Shown here: one piece after another, positions 1 through 12,806 of the stretch | How the letters are laid out: the number at the start of each line of letters is the position of its first letter | How positions within the stretch are numbered: position 1 is the first letter of the stretch | The notes under the pieces: model-generated | Databases searched by the model: none | Seen by the model: the letters and a program-made list of their open reading frames with translations, nothing else | Told to the model about the DNA's origin: nothing | Made by a program: the position numbers and the translations under genes | Assembly: GCF_009914755.1 (NCBI RefSeq) | Contig: NC_060947.1 | Reading direction: 5' to 3' (one strand) | Source of the DNA: the human T2T-CHM13v2.0 reference genome, Homo sapiens | Length of the DNA: 64,000 nucleotides

Positions 1-158
1 GACCAGCCTGGCCAATATGGTGAAACCCCATCCCTACTAAAAAAAAAAAAAAAAAATTAGCCGGGTGAATCACTCGAACCCAGGAGGAGGAGGAGGTTGC
101 AGTGAGCCAAGATCACACCACTGCACTCCAGCCTGGGCAACAGAGTGAGACTCTTTCT

Positions 159-189
<31 letters not shown>
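1..189 (+). mobile_element. Alu (AluS-like), cut by the window start, with an internal deletion in the right arm
   Basis: GACCAGCCTGGCCAA..GGTGAAACCCC, A-rich linker, GAGGTTGCAGTGAGCCAAGATCAC..CTGCACTCCAGCCTGGGCAAC, poly(A) tail. Confidence 0.95.
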
Positions 190-193
<4 letters not shown>

Positions 194-873
194 TTGAAAC
201 ATCTGATAGTGCCAGAAACAAAGGAAGTGTTCAAAATTTACAACAATTAGAGTATGTAAATCAACACAGGAGCTAAGTGAAAGGGCCTCAATGGCCAAAA
301 CAGACAATCTTAGCAACAAAATAAGGAAGCACTGAACTGTAACTCAAAGTATAAAATAAATATTAATGAATCTATATTGATATAAATAAGTAAATACATA
401 GTGGGCATGGAGGTATTTGACAAATCTCACATAGGTTAGAATTACAAATCACTTATTTAAATACTCTGCCATAAAAATAATATAGCCTAATTCTCCACAT
501 CTTAAATGCAGTGGCACAACCCACATTCATAGAAGCAACTCTATTTACAATACCCACATGGTGGAAGCACCCCATATGTCCATCAACAAATGTATGGATA
601 AATAAAATGTGGTATATACATACAATGATTATTATTCAGTCTTAAATAAAGAGGGAGATTCTGACACATGATATAACATGGATGAACCTTGAGGACACTG
701 TGCTAAGTGTAATAAGTCAGTCATAAAAGGACAAATATTGTATTTTATCCTTTTTTTTTAATGTGGGGGCACACATTGACTTCCTTCCCAAGAGTAAAAT
801 ATAAAAAGGGGGCAGGAAAGAAAAATAACTTATCAGCTAATAAATATGAAAACCATTACCTGAGCCAGATGGT
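190..873 (+). mobile_element. Old L1M 3'-end fragments (host of the LTR cluster; continues at 1586-1600, 2262-2352 and 10200-10300)
   Basis: L1 3' motifs ATGTCCATCAACAAATGTATGGATAAATAAAATGTGGTATATACATACAATG, CATGGATGAACCTTGAGGACA; ACCTGAGCCAG..ATCAAGGTCAA..ATCATCAGT continues across the LTRs. Confidence 0.7.
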
Positions 874-1585
874 TGAAACCACCATTGCAAAATTATAACT
901 GAGACAGTGAAAGAGATCTGGCCTAACCAGCTCCATCTTGCTTCTAACCTCCAAGTTCTCCTTGTTCATTCCTGAACATAGGCCAAACTAACTGTGAGGA
1001 ACTTAGTTTATAGTTTAAAAAGAAAGACAATAACAGCCTTTTTCCAAAACAAACCCTCTTCTTGCCTGGGGACTAGACTGCTTTTGTAGGACTAACAAAT
1101 TAGACAAAAGATTATAAATTATGATTTAGAAATCATGAATCTGGAGGCTACAAGATTCTGACCCTGCCCAAATTGCTCCTGGGGATAACATCACTATTGT
1201 AAAACCTAAGATCAGTGCTTCAGATATTTTGCAGATCCTCCACTTGATGGATCATCTAGCACCATTCAGATTTATAAATTGACTCATCTGATCTTGTGCC
1301 CTCCACTCAGGAACTAACTCAGCACAGGAGAACAGCTTTGACTCCCTATGATTTCATCTCTGACCCAATCAATCAGCAATCCTGACTCACTGGCCCCCCA
1401 CCCACCAAATTATCATTTAAAACTCTGATCCCCAAATAAGAGACTGATTTTTAGTATTAATAAAGCTCCAGTCTCCCGCACAGCCAGCTCTGTGTGAATA
1501 ACTCTTTCTCTATTGCAATTCCTTTTTTCTTGATAAATTGGCTCTGTCTAGGCAGCGGGAAAGGTGAACCTGTTGGGTGGTTACA
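874..1585 (+). mobile_element. Solo ERV1 LTR, LTR8 family
   Basis: Begins TGAAACCACCATTGCAAAATTATAACTGAGACAGTGAAAGAGATCT, ends GGTGAACCTGTTGGGTGGTTACA (TG...CA); AATAAA near 1459. Confidence 0.85.
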
Positions 1586-1600
1586 TAATCAAGGTCAAAT

Positions 1601-2261
1601 TGAAACCACCTTTGCAAAAAGTATAACAATGAGAAAATGATGACAGTGAAAGACATCTGATGTAACCAACCCCCATCTTGCCTTTAACCTCTGAACTGCC
1701 CTTAATCATTCCTGGGCCTGTGGCAAGCTAATTTTGGAAGACATTTAGTTTATAGTTTAAATAATAATAGTCCTTCCCCCAAACTAAACCACTAATGTAA
1801 AGCTAATAAAAGACCACCAGGTTAGGGATATATGTGAAGAGTGAGTTCTATTAAGGTGTAGACATAACTGATTAACAGCAATTATTCCAGAGGTTACAAG
1901 TTTTGCAACTTCTCTAATTTCTCCTGCAGATATCAGCATTGTAGAACCTAGAATTGGCCTTCTGAGATGTCTTTTTGAGTTTTTGCATTTGTGATGATCT
2001 GTGGCTCCACCTGGACCCACTGAACCCTAGCCAACCAGTCCTGTGGCCTCACTCAGAAGCAGACTCCCTGGCCCACCAAACTATATTTGAAAAACCCTAG
2101 CCTCCAAATTTGGGGGAAGATTGATTTGAGTAATAATTTCATCTCCCACATGGCATGGTTGGCCTGATGCATATTAAATTGTGTGTTTATCACAATGCCA
2201 TGGTCTCAGTAAATTGGTTTTGTCTGCTCAGTGGGCAGAAAGAACCTTTTGGGTAGTTACA
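1601..2261 (+). mobile_element. Second solo LTR8-family LTR (LTR8A/B-like)
   Basis: Begins TGAAACCACCTTTGCAAAAA, ends GGGTAGTTACA; the first ~170 bp are homologous to the LTR at 874. Confidence 0.8.
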
Positions 2262-2596
2262 ATATCATCAGTCATAAATCATTTTGATGCATGTATCATT
2301 GTGATGATATGATAAGGACAGTACTTTACCTCTGCAGTCTTCCTTCCAAAAAAGAAAGCGTTTTAGAAGAAAATTAGTCTCTGGTCTCAGATTTTTGTCT
2401 GAGCTCTCATGGCTAGAATGATTTATTCCTCGATGGGTAGGTCCAAAGTTATTAGGAAAGCTCATTTTTAGCAGGTTGTAAAGTCTCATGACCTATGAAG
2501 AGAAAATAGGGGGAGTAAGGGAGAAAAACAACAATCAATAGAATAATCCTGGAAAATCAACGTAGGCCGCATTACTCTGAAGTCCATACATCAGTA

Positions 2597-3302
2597 TGAG
2601 ATGGGATTGTTCCCATGATTTTGACCCCCTTCGTGGGCAGAAACTGAAATGGCTCATTTTACTCAACCTGCAGTTCTTTTTGACACCCGTGTTCTTGTTT
2701 GCTGTCCAGGAAGAATCAGGTCACATGAACTATTTGAAGGCTAGTGTATGCAGAGGATTTTATTGGGTGATAAATGTGGCTCTCAGTGGGATGGAGACCG
2801 GAAAAGGGATGGTAGGGGAAGAAAGTGATCTTTCCCTGAAGCTGCACCACCTGAAGTTAGCCGAGTCTATGCGTAGTCTCCAATGCTCAGCCACGTGTAT
2901 CCCTGATGTTAAGCAACTTGTGTCCCAGATGTCCAACAGCTTGTATCCCTGTTGCTCAGTAGCTTGTATCCCTAATACTCAGCAGCTTACATACCCGAGG
3001 CTTAGCCGCTTGCATCCCCGACCACTTGCATCAGCTACTTCTGTTGCCCTGCCAGCTGAAATATGTTATGGGCACAGGATAGGAGTGGGGTGGGCCAAAA
3101 AGGCAATCATTTGGGTGGAAAAACAGGGTCAAATGTTTTCACTTAGGGCCGAGGTTCCAGGCGTGATGGTGGGGTTTAGCTGGAAGCCCAGCCCTTCAGG
3201 GTCAGCTGTTTTCACTTAGGGCCAATGGTCCAGGCTTGAGGGTGGGGGTGGGGGTGGGCGTTGGGCGGGCAGTTTAGCTGGGAGCCCAGCTGTTCTGTAT
3301 CG
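2597..3302 (-). mobile_element. Solo ERV1 LTR (LTR1/LTR27/LTR28-like) inserted in MER4-int
   Basis: Minus strand starts (C)GATACAGAACAGCTGGGCTCCCAGCTAAAC; 4-bp TSD AGTA/GGTA; host sequence CATCAGTA|GGCAGG is restored on removal. Confidence 0.65.
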
Positions 3303-4928
3303 GGTAGGCAGGTATGAAAATGACTTATATATGTAAATAGGTTGCTGTTATTTTCTTCTGAAGTTTAAGTTTTCTAGCTTCAGTTTGCAGGGCTTTATGA
3401 AAGCACAGCTTAGTTTTCAGTGACTCCAAATTAGAAAAAATAGGGGTGAGGAAGAAGGAAAAGAAACTGAAAACATTATTTTGAAGACTTGTAGCCACCC
3501 CCCAAAAAAGAATTTGGTCCAAACTGTAGAAAATAATAAAAATTGAAAAACATTAGGCAAGACTAGAATTTAACAACAGGTGTACTATAGTTTTTGAAAC
3601 ATAATTTTTCTCTCTCCAGTTTCCCATTTTTACTAAAGGCAAATCATGGTAGGACTGATTTGCTTTATTATACTACACCTGATTATTTGTATACAGTGTA
3701 GCAAGAATAATTATTTTTTACACAGGCTTTAAAATTGGCTTTGATGGAACTTTATTCCATAGAAGAAATCTCAGATAAGATGTTTTTAAAGCCAAGACCA
3801 GCCATGGATTTGTACCATCAAATACCTATGTGTTGGATGGATTTCTCTCTTCTTAAGGTCCCAAGACAAACTTGGGGCTCATGAGCCTGTCAGAAAGTGA
3901 CATTTTTTACTTACCACAGGTCAGGAACCCTGTATGGGAACTGTGTAGACAAAGGTATTAGGCCATTTTTCTCAAGGGGCTTTTATTGTCTCTATAAGTC
4001 AAGTTGGATTCCTTAAAGAAAAGCACACCATTCCAGTCAAAGCCTTGGTAAAATTACCAGTTTCTCCAATTGTATCCTATTACAAATAAAAACATATTCT
4101 TGTTGCACTTATGCAAATAACTGTATTGCCATAAGTTAAGAATACTCACAAATAGTTTCCAAATTCTAGAGAAATTAGGTAGAAATATTCTCCAAATTTT
4201 GTTCATGGGAGTATACTAAATAGTTTAAAGCTGTCAATAGCTCAAAAGAAAAGTTTGCTTGACTGAAAAAAAAAGAAAACAAATAATCACCATTTTAAGC
4301 AAAAAGTCAAAAAAATTACTTCAGCCTTCTATTATTTCAGTTCATACAGTTAATTCCTGTTCTGCTTGATAGTTATGAACATTTCAGCTCTCCATGAGTC
4401 CTCAAAGTTTTTCCTCTATTTTGATGTCACAATCTCCAGTTATCAGAAACCTGCATTCAAGAGCACATGTCACAGTTTTATAGCTGATTATACAACTACC
4501 ATCTAAAGAGGACCAAAACAAGACAACAATTATCTGTGGATAGCAAAAAGTTTCAGGGAAGTCACAGTCAAAGACAAAGTTGACAAGGAATTTTGTTACC
4601 ACTTTGGCACAAAATAATTTACCATTACAATTTTAATTATTAACTGATAAAGTACACTAAGTTATAAGAGAATTAGAGGAGTTTCCTATAATTTTAGAGC
4701 ACATACCAATAACATATTTTTATTTATTTATTTATTTTTATTTTTCCATAAGTTATTGGGGTACAGGTGGTATTTGGTTACATGAGTAAGTTCTTTGGTG
4801 GTGATTTGCAAGATTTCAGTTCACACATCACCCAAGCAGTATACACTGCACCATATTTATAGTCTTCTATCCCTTGCCCCCCTCCCACTTCTTCCCCCCA
4901 AACCCCCAAATTCCATTTCATTATTCTT

Positions 4929-5252
<324 letters not shown>

Positions 5253-5340
5253 CATTGCATTATTCTTATGACTTTGTGTCCTCATAGCTTAGCTCCCACA
5301 TATCACTGAAAATATACGATGTTTGGTTTTTCAGTTCTGA

Positions 5341-5690
<350 letters not shown>

Positions 5691-5751
5691 TCATCCAGGT
5701 CACTGCAAATACTGTTAATTCATTCATTTTTATGGCTGTGTAGTATTCCAT

Positions 5752-5895
5752 CATATATATATCTATATGTATATATATATATCATTATATATGATATATA
5801 AAAACATATATAGATATATATATACATATACATCTATATATAAATGTAATATATATGTAAATATATATATCTATTTGATATATATATATTTATAA
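5752..5895. repeat. (TA)n-rich degenerate microsatellite within L1PB
   Basis: Direct reading. Confidence 0.9.
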
Positions 5896-7373
5896 ACACC
5901 AGAGTTTCTTTATCCACTTGTTGATTGATGGGCATTTGGGTTGGTTCCATGATTTTGCAACTGTGAATTGTGCTGCTATAAACATTCGTGTGCAAGGATC
6001 TTTTTCAAGTAATGATACCCAGTAGTGGGATAGCTGGGTCAAATGGTAGTTCTACTTTCAGTTCTTTAAGGAAACTCCACACTGTATTTCATAGTGGCTG
6101 TACTAGTTTACATTCCCACCAGCATTGTAGACGTGTTCTCTGTTTGCCACATCCACATCAGCATCTACTGTTTTCTGATTTTTTTACTTTGGCCATTCTT
6201 GCAGGAGTGAGGTGGTATCACATTGTGGTTTTCATTTGCATTTTCCTAATCACTAGTGATGTTGAGCATTTTTTCATATGTTTGTCAGCCATTTGTATAT
6301 CTTCTTTTGAGAATTGTCTATCCATGTCCTTAGAGCACTTTTTGATGGGAATGATTGTTTTTCCTTACTGATTTGTTTGAGTTTGTTGTAGATGCTGGAT
6401 ATCAGTCCTTTGTCAGATGTATAGATTGTGAAGATTTTCTCCCGCTCTGTGGGTTGTCTGTTTACTCTGCTGACTGTTCCTTTTGCCATGCAAAGGCTCT
6501 TTAGTTTAATTATGTCCCAGCTATTTATGTTTGTTTTTATTGCATATGCTTTTGGGTTCTTGGTCATAAAATCCTTGCCGAGGCCAATGTCTGGAACAGT
6601 TTTTCTAAGGTTATCTTTTAGAATTTTTATAGTTTCAGGTCTTAAGTCCTTAATTTATCTTGAGTTGATTTTTATATAAGGTGAGAGATGAAAATCCAGT
6701 TTCATTTTCCTGCATGTGGCTAGCCAAGTATCCCAGCACCATTTGTTGGAAAGGGTGTCCTTACCTCACTTTATGGTTTTGTTTGCTTTGTCAAAGATCA
6801 GTTAGCTGTAAGTATTGGGTTTATTTCCGGGTTCTCTATTCTATTCCATTGGTCTATGTGCTTATTTTTGTACCAGCACCATGCTGTTTTGGTGACTATG
6901 GCCTTATGGTATAGCTTGAAATCAGGTAGTGTGATGCCTCCAGATTTGTTCTTTTTGCTTAGTATTGCTTTGGCTATGCGGGCTGTTTTTTGGTTCCATA
7001 TAAATTTTAGAATTGTGTTTTCTAATTTTGTGAAGAATGATGGTGGTATCACCAATAACATATTTATACAAATACAACCCCAAAAAACCCAAACACCACT
7101 TCATATTTGACAATGCTTCCTGTATAATTTATATACCACATAAGCCAAATTACATCAATTTTTGGACTTCAGGAAACCTAATATCTTAAAGGATTAATTA
7201 GGTCAGAAAAAGACATAATGAATGATCTGATTTTGGAAAGTTTGTCAAATATCAAAGGTTTAAAACATTTGATATTACAGGTCATTGTAAAATAAGTTAT
7301 TCATTTGACCAAAGTGATAACTCAAGGATTTCAGAAAAAGGCAAAAACCTGTATTATTTGAGAGAGGAGAAAC

Positions 7374-7509
7374 AATATTTTTTGTATTTTTAGTAGAGAT
7401 GAGGTTTCACCGTGTTAGCCCGGATGGTCTCGATCTCCTGACCTCGTGATCCACCCGCCTCGGCCTCCCAGCGTGCTGGAATTACAGGCGTGAGCCACCG
7501 CGCCCGGCC
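7374..7509 (-). mobile_element. AluY left monomer only (right arm and tail missing)
   Basis: CACCGTGTTAGCC.GGATGGTCTCGATCTCCTGACCTCGTGATCCACCCGCCTCGGCC...GCCACCGCGCCCGGCC; CpG-rich. Confidence 0.9.
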
Positions 7510-7733
7510 CTGAACTTTCAAGTTCTTAATAACCTGTTTCACTACCCTAGGCAGTTGTCAGCTAAATAGCCTTAAATTTGCATATTAAAGAAAAAAACTC
7601 AGGTAAAAATCAAATTGCAAAATTTGCAACATAAAGTATGGAGAGAAAAAGTCTGGAGTGCTAGAGGAATATTAAAACTGATTTAATTGCCTATGAAACA
7701 TAAAATTATAGAAATTATAAAGGCATTTTAAAT

Positions 7734-7770
7734 ACACACACACACACATACACACACGCACACACACACA
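7734..7770. repeat. (CA)n microsatellite
   Basis: Direct reading. Confidence 0.95.
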
Positions 7771-9727
7771 AAGATCCTATAGCTTTTACTTCAGAACTTT
7801 AGCGGTGACATAAATACAAATTCCCCAGCTTGCAAAAAAACCTGTTGGTTCCAAACAGTGGTTTTTATCTTAGTAGAAAAATAACAGCACATGTAAATCA
7901 CGCAGAAAAGAACATAGAGAAAAAGAGAACTTAGGAGCTCTATAGTTTGCAAGTCAAACTTAGGGCTCTTTTTCCTTAATGTAAATGTGCATAAAGATCA
8001 TGTTATTTCAAATTTACATAAACTCTGGCAAGTAGAGGTGCAATAAAATGTACAGAGTGCTTGAAAGGGGGGGTATCATCCTTATCTTCTCTTCATTCTA
8101 TTTGTTTTCCACTTTTTTTTTTCTTAAAAGGAAGAACTGAGTTGTGGCCTAGGGTTTTTGTGTGGTGGATTGATGTGTCCTGCTTGTGGACAGGACTCCA
8201 CAGTGTGTCACCACTGAGTCGTTTCCACCCTCTTACATGTCTCAGTTTCTCTCTCCAGAAGTCTATGACCTCTGAGATGGCTCAAAACACTGGGTGATCA
8301 GTCCTTACATGTGTTTCTTGGAGGAGCCTTTATAAAATCAAATTTGTGGGGATGTCCCTGTAGGACTGCTGCATGTCACAGGGGTTCAAGTCCCCAGATG
8401 CTCCCACAAGGCCGCTGGTCACCCAGCAGCACCTTTCAGCTGGGAGAAGCAAAATATCCTTTCTCTTCAGAGCCGAGAAAACTCAGTCTCTCATTTACCT
8501 ATGAAAACAATAGTTCAGTTCCTCATGCAAGTGTGCACAGACAAGCCCAATCAAGATTAATTTTGAGAAAAAAAGCAATAGAGGAGATCCATTAGAATGC
8601 ATCTCCACACTGGAATTAGGATCCTTAAACAACAACTTCCTAGGAGAAAAAATAAAAAATAAAAAACAGCCAAGACCACTTCCTGTAAAATGCTCACAGC
8701 CACCCCTAACCTCGCAGCTCTTGTATGCCATTACACAGGCCACTGTCAAATCCTCTCAGAATACAAGGTCATCTCTGGTGCCCCCAAAGTCAAAGAGGTC
8801 AGGTCATGCAATAAAATAAAATATAGCTTTAGACCTAAGAAGAACCTGCCCAAGGCTCTTGAAACTCCACAAAGAAAGCAGAACACCCCAAAAGGGGTGA
8901 GTGGCACTTTTGTTTTAAATTCTTTAAAGGGGTTCAAGTCATTGAAAGTCTTCTCTAGATTTTTTGGTACTGCAGTTGGCAAAGGGAGAGAAGGAGGCAT
9001 AGGTTGGAAGAAAAGTAAACAAAAGAACTTTTATTTTAAGAGAGGAATAAAACACAGAAACCAAGTGCATGTGTTTTTTATTTTGTTTTGTTTTGTTCCC
9101 TCTTTTGCAGCTGTGAGGAATTTTGCCAAATTAGAGAGGATTTGTTACCCATAATTTGGAATTCTCACTCAGATTTGATCAAGTCAGGTAGAGTTGGTCA
9201 AATCTGATGTGAGAAAGACCGGAATAAATAACAACAGGAATCCCCAACAATATGATCACTGAGTGCTCTATTGGTAAGGAGAAATTAAGACCAGCTGGTT
9301 GTTAACTTTAGCCAAGACAAAACCCCAATTCAGCTACTTACCTGAAAATGGGTCTCAGGATGAATTTGCTCTCTATCATCCTAGAAACAAACAAACAAAC
9401 AAACAAACAATGTCAAACTTGCCTTCTCTGTTGAGAGTGAGCTCAAACTCCATGAAAGAGTTACCTGCCATTCATCATCATGGAAGGAGAAAATCTTGTC
9501 TTCCTTGTTGGATGTAAGTAAAACTCCAAAAAGGGAGTTGTACAGCAAAATAAACTTTATATCTCAACCCAGTTTTGGAAAATATGGCGGGGCGTGCTCC
9601 CAGACCTCAGCAAATTGTCCTATTGGTTTTAGTCAAAAAGTTAGTTTATACTGGTACCAAGCACCAATAGGAGATTTGTCAAAGGTCAGGGACGCCTTTA
9701 CTCAGAATCTTTTCATGGTTACCAAGA

Positions 9728-10199
9728 TGTGAACCCTGAATATCTGAGACAGGTCTCAGTTAATTTAGAAAGTTTATTTTGCCAAAGTTGAGGATGCGTG
9801 CCTGTGACACAGCCTCAGGAGGTCCTGATGACATGGACCCAAGGTGGTTAGAACACTGTTTGGTCTTATACATTTTAGGGAGACATGAGACATCAATCAA
9901 CATATATAAGATGAACATTGGTTTGGTCTGGAAAGGCAGGACAACTCAAAGCAAAGGCAGGATGACTCAAAGTCAGGAGGAGGCTTCCAGGTCATAGGTA
10001 GATAAGAGACAAACTGTTGTATTCTTGTGAGTTCCTGATTAACCTCTCCAAAAGAGTCAATTAGATATGCATTTATCTCAGTGAGCAGAGGGGTGACTTT
10101 TCATATAATGAGGGGCAGGTTTGCCCTAAGCAGATCCCAGCTTGACTTTTCCCTTTAGCTTACTGATTTTGGGGTCCTGATATTTATTTTTCTTTCACA
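9728..10199 (-). mobile_element. MER4A-like LTR (5' LTR of the provirus)
   Basis: TGTGAACCCTGAATATCTGAGACAGGTCTCAGTTAATTTAGAAAGTTTATTTTGCC...TTTTTCTTTCACA; adjacent PBS. Confidence 0.85.
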
Positions 10200-10789
10200 T
10201 TAGTAATGTAAGATGTTAACAGTAGAGAAAACTGAGTAGAAAACGTATGGAGTCCCTTTGTATTACCATTGCAATTTTTCTGTGAATCTAAAATTAAAAA
10301 CATGTATTCGTTTAAAAAGGAGGCATTGCAGATTCAATGCTCCCCATGTCATGAGTTATGCTTTGTCAGTCATAATTGTAGTCAGGAGAAGAACACTTCT
10401 TCATATTTAATCCTGATCATTCTTCAACATTAGCAAGTGAATTCAGTATGATTTAGAAGAAAACAGGCAACTTTGTTCAGGGTTTTAAGGAATACTGAAA
10501 AAATACAATTTTACTGGTTTGTCTCTGATTTTCTAGTTTCTATGTTTGTGTTTAGTCATAATAAAAATATGCACGTGATGATGAGTATGTTCTATTTTAA
10601 AAATTATCCGGAAGAGGAGTTTTGTGCTATCATAAGAGCATTTAATATATAACTGGCCCATGTGGCCAGAAAGCTTACATAAATTGTTGCATTATTTTAA
10701 AGTTCTCCATGGACCTCCATGGAGGTGGGTGCTGTTATCATCATCACTGTGGAGATAAAGAGAATGAAGCCTCAGAAAGGTTTCAGTGC

Positions 10790-12119
10790 TGTGGTAGTCT
10801 GATAAATAGTCCCATACTTCCCCCACCCCACCCCCACCACATATATCTGCTCCTAATCCCTGGAATTTGTAAATGTTACTTTACAGAGTACTTGTAGATG
10901 GGATTCGGATTTTAAAAATCTTGCTCTTTTCCAGCTGGAACCATGGAGGGTGTTGACCCATGGAGGGTGTTGAAAAGAGGAAGAAAAGGTTTCTTCTGTG
11001 CCAGAAACCCTTAACAATAAGTAAAAGGAATTTTACATAGTTGAAGATCAAGCGCCAGAGAAAAAAAGCCCAAAAGATGCTTTGAAAGGCAAGGAGAACA
11101 AAGGAAAGCATGCTTTGTCTATGAAAAAGTGAATTACTATCACAATGACTATAGGCAGATGTACAGAAATGAAATATGAATGGCTAGGATGACAAGAAAA
11201 GCTGGAAACTTCCCTGAACCTGCTGAATCCAAACTGGCATTTGTCGTCAGGATTAGAGTTATTAATGGTGTGAGCCCAAAGTTCCAAAAGGTGTTGCAGC
11301 TTCTCTGCCTATGTCACATATTCAATGGAACTTTTGTTAAGCTCAGCAAGTCTTCAGTTAACATGCTGAGGATTGTAGAACCATAGGGTTACCCAAACCT
11401 GAAATCAGTAAATAAACTAATCTACAAGCATAGTTATGGCAAAATCAATAAGAAGCAAATTGCTGTGACAGATAACACTTTGATTGCTCAGTGGCTCAGT
11501 AAATAGGGCATCATCTGCAGGAAGGATTTGACTCATGGCATCTATAATTTTGGAAAATGCTTCAAAGAAGCAAATAACTTCCTGTGGCCCTTCAAATTAT
11601 CCTCTCCAGATGTGGGAAAAAAAAAAAAAGACACATTTTGTAGATGGTGGAGATGCTGGCAACAGGGCACACCAGAACAACAGGTTTGTTAGAAAGATAA
11701 ACTAAAGTGTCTGCCATGATTATCTTTGTAACCTGGTCAGTTAATAAACAGTTATTACTTTCAAACTGAAAAAAAATATTTCGAAGATCTTGAGAAGGAG
11801 AGATTATCTTGTATTATCCAGGTGGGCTCTAAGTTCAATCACAAATAGAACAGAAGACAATGTGACCACAGGGGCACAGATTTAAGTGGTTCAGCCACAA
11901 GCTGATGAATACTGGTAGTCACCAGAAATTGGAAGTCAAAAAAGCAGGTTCTCCCCTAGAGCTTCCATAAAGAAAAGCAGCTCTGCCAACATATGAATTT
12001 TAGCCCAGTGATATTAATTTCAAACCTCCAAACTCCAGAATTGTGAGATAATAATTTTTTTTTTTTTTTTTTGCTTTAAGCCATGAAATTCATTACAGTA
12101 GCCATAGGAAATGAATACA
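10790..12119 (+). mobile_element. MLT1 (MLT1C/D-like) MaLR LTR interrupted by the RPL7 pseudogene
   Basis: TGTGGTAG...CCTAATCCCTGGAATTTGTAAATGTTAC; resumes GATCTTGAGAAGGAGAGATTATCTTGTATTATCCAGGTGGGC; ends CATAGGAAATGAATACA. Confidence 0.8.
10924..11776 (+). pseudogene. RPL7: Processed pseudogene of ribosomal protein L7 (uL30)
   Basis: Intronless copy from the 5'TOP (CTCTTTTCC.GCTGGAACCATGGAGGGTG) to the 3'UTR, AATAAA at 11743 and a short A tail; peptide [42 protein letters not shown] resembles RPL7; many stops and frameshifts; degenerate TSD ending AA(A/G)ATCTTG. Confidence 0.95.
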
Positions 12120-12806
12120 AGGGCCTCTTCCCAAATGCACACAGTTAGCAAATGATGAAGCTGGTTTCTCAACCAGGCTTTCTGTCTCCAGAGCCTATGT
12201 GCCTAATTACTATGCTATACTCCTTCTTATGATATCTAAAGTCATAATACACTAAGTGGTAAACAACTTGGCTACATAGAAAAGCTAGGGTCCATGTGAT
12301 ATTTTACTTAATCTCAGGATCCCTGTGATACTCACATTATTTAATAAGTAGGTACCACTTTAAAGTGCAAAGAAAATACATTGCCAAGAGGAAAAGCTTT
12401 TTAAGAAATTGCCAGAAAGAGATTTCAATTTTTACCCACTCCCAGTGCTTTCCGATTTTCATATTGTATTACTGTATGTCTACTAATTAGTAACAAGAGA
12501 GCAGTTTTTTTTTTCTTGTGCCTGTAGGTATGTGAAGCACATTAAGTCAAAATCTCAACTTTCTTCCTACTAGAAACCAGTACTTGGAATTTTATATGTA
12601 TAAACATCATATTTGCTCCCAGAAAATAATGCAGGTAAAGATTAAGTTTTTTCATTTAAAAATTGTTCAATAGGTCATCTTTTAATTAAATACAAAACAT
12701 TTCATTGAATATAAATATTGTTGGCTGACTCTCATGAGTTTATATAAGAAATTAGCAAATTCCTCCAAAATTTATTTGAAACTGTTGTGTTTAAAATACT
12801 TAATCT

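Larger units (their letters stand above)
10640..12220 (-). mobile_element. MIR split by the MLT1 insertion (pieces ~10640-10789 and ~12120-12220)
   Basis: AGAATGAAGCCTCAGAAAGGTT...TTCCCAAATGCACACAGTTAG..CTCCAGAGCC..CACTATGC core motifs. Confidence 0.6.

Noticed and set aside
2881-3018. Periodic repeat as a CRISPR-like array
   Set aside because: Head-to-tail degenerate units without unique spacers, in eukaryotic LTR context, with no cas genes.
2596-3219. 207-aa ORF
   Set aside because: Lies within a solo LTR and its tandem repeats, antisense to the LTR; no domain recognised.
8061-9732. ORFs in the ERV internal region as gag
   Set aside because: Mostly antisense to the provirus, short, and without gag/pol motifs.
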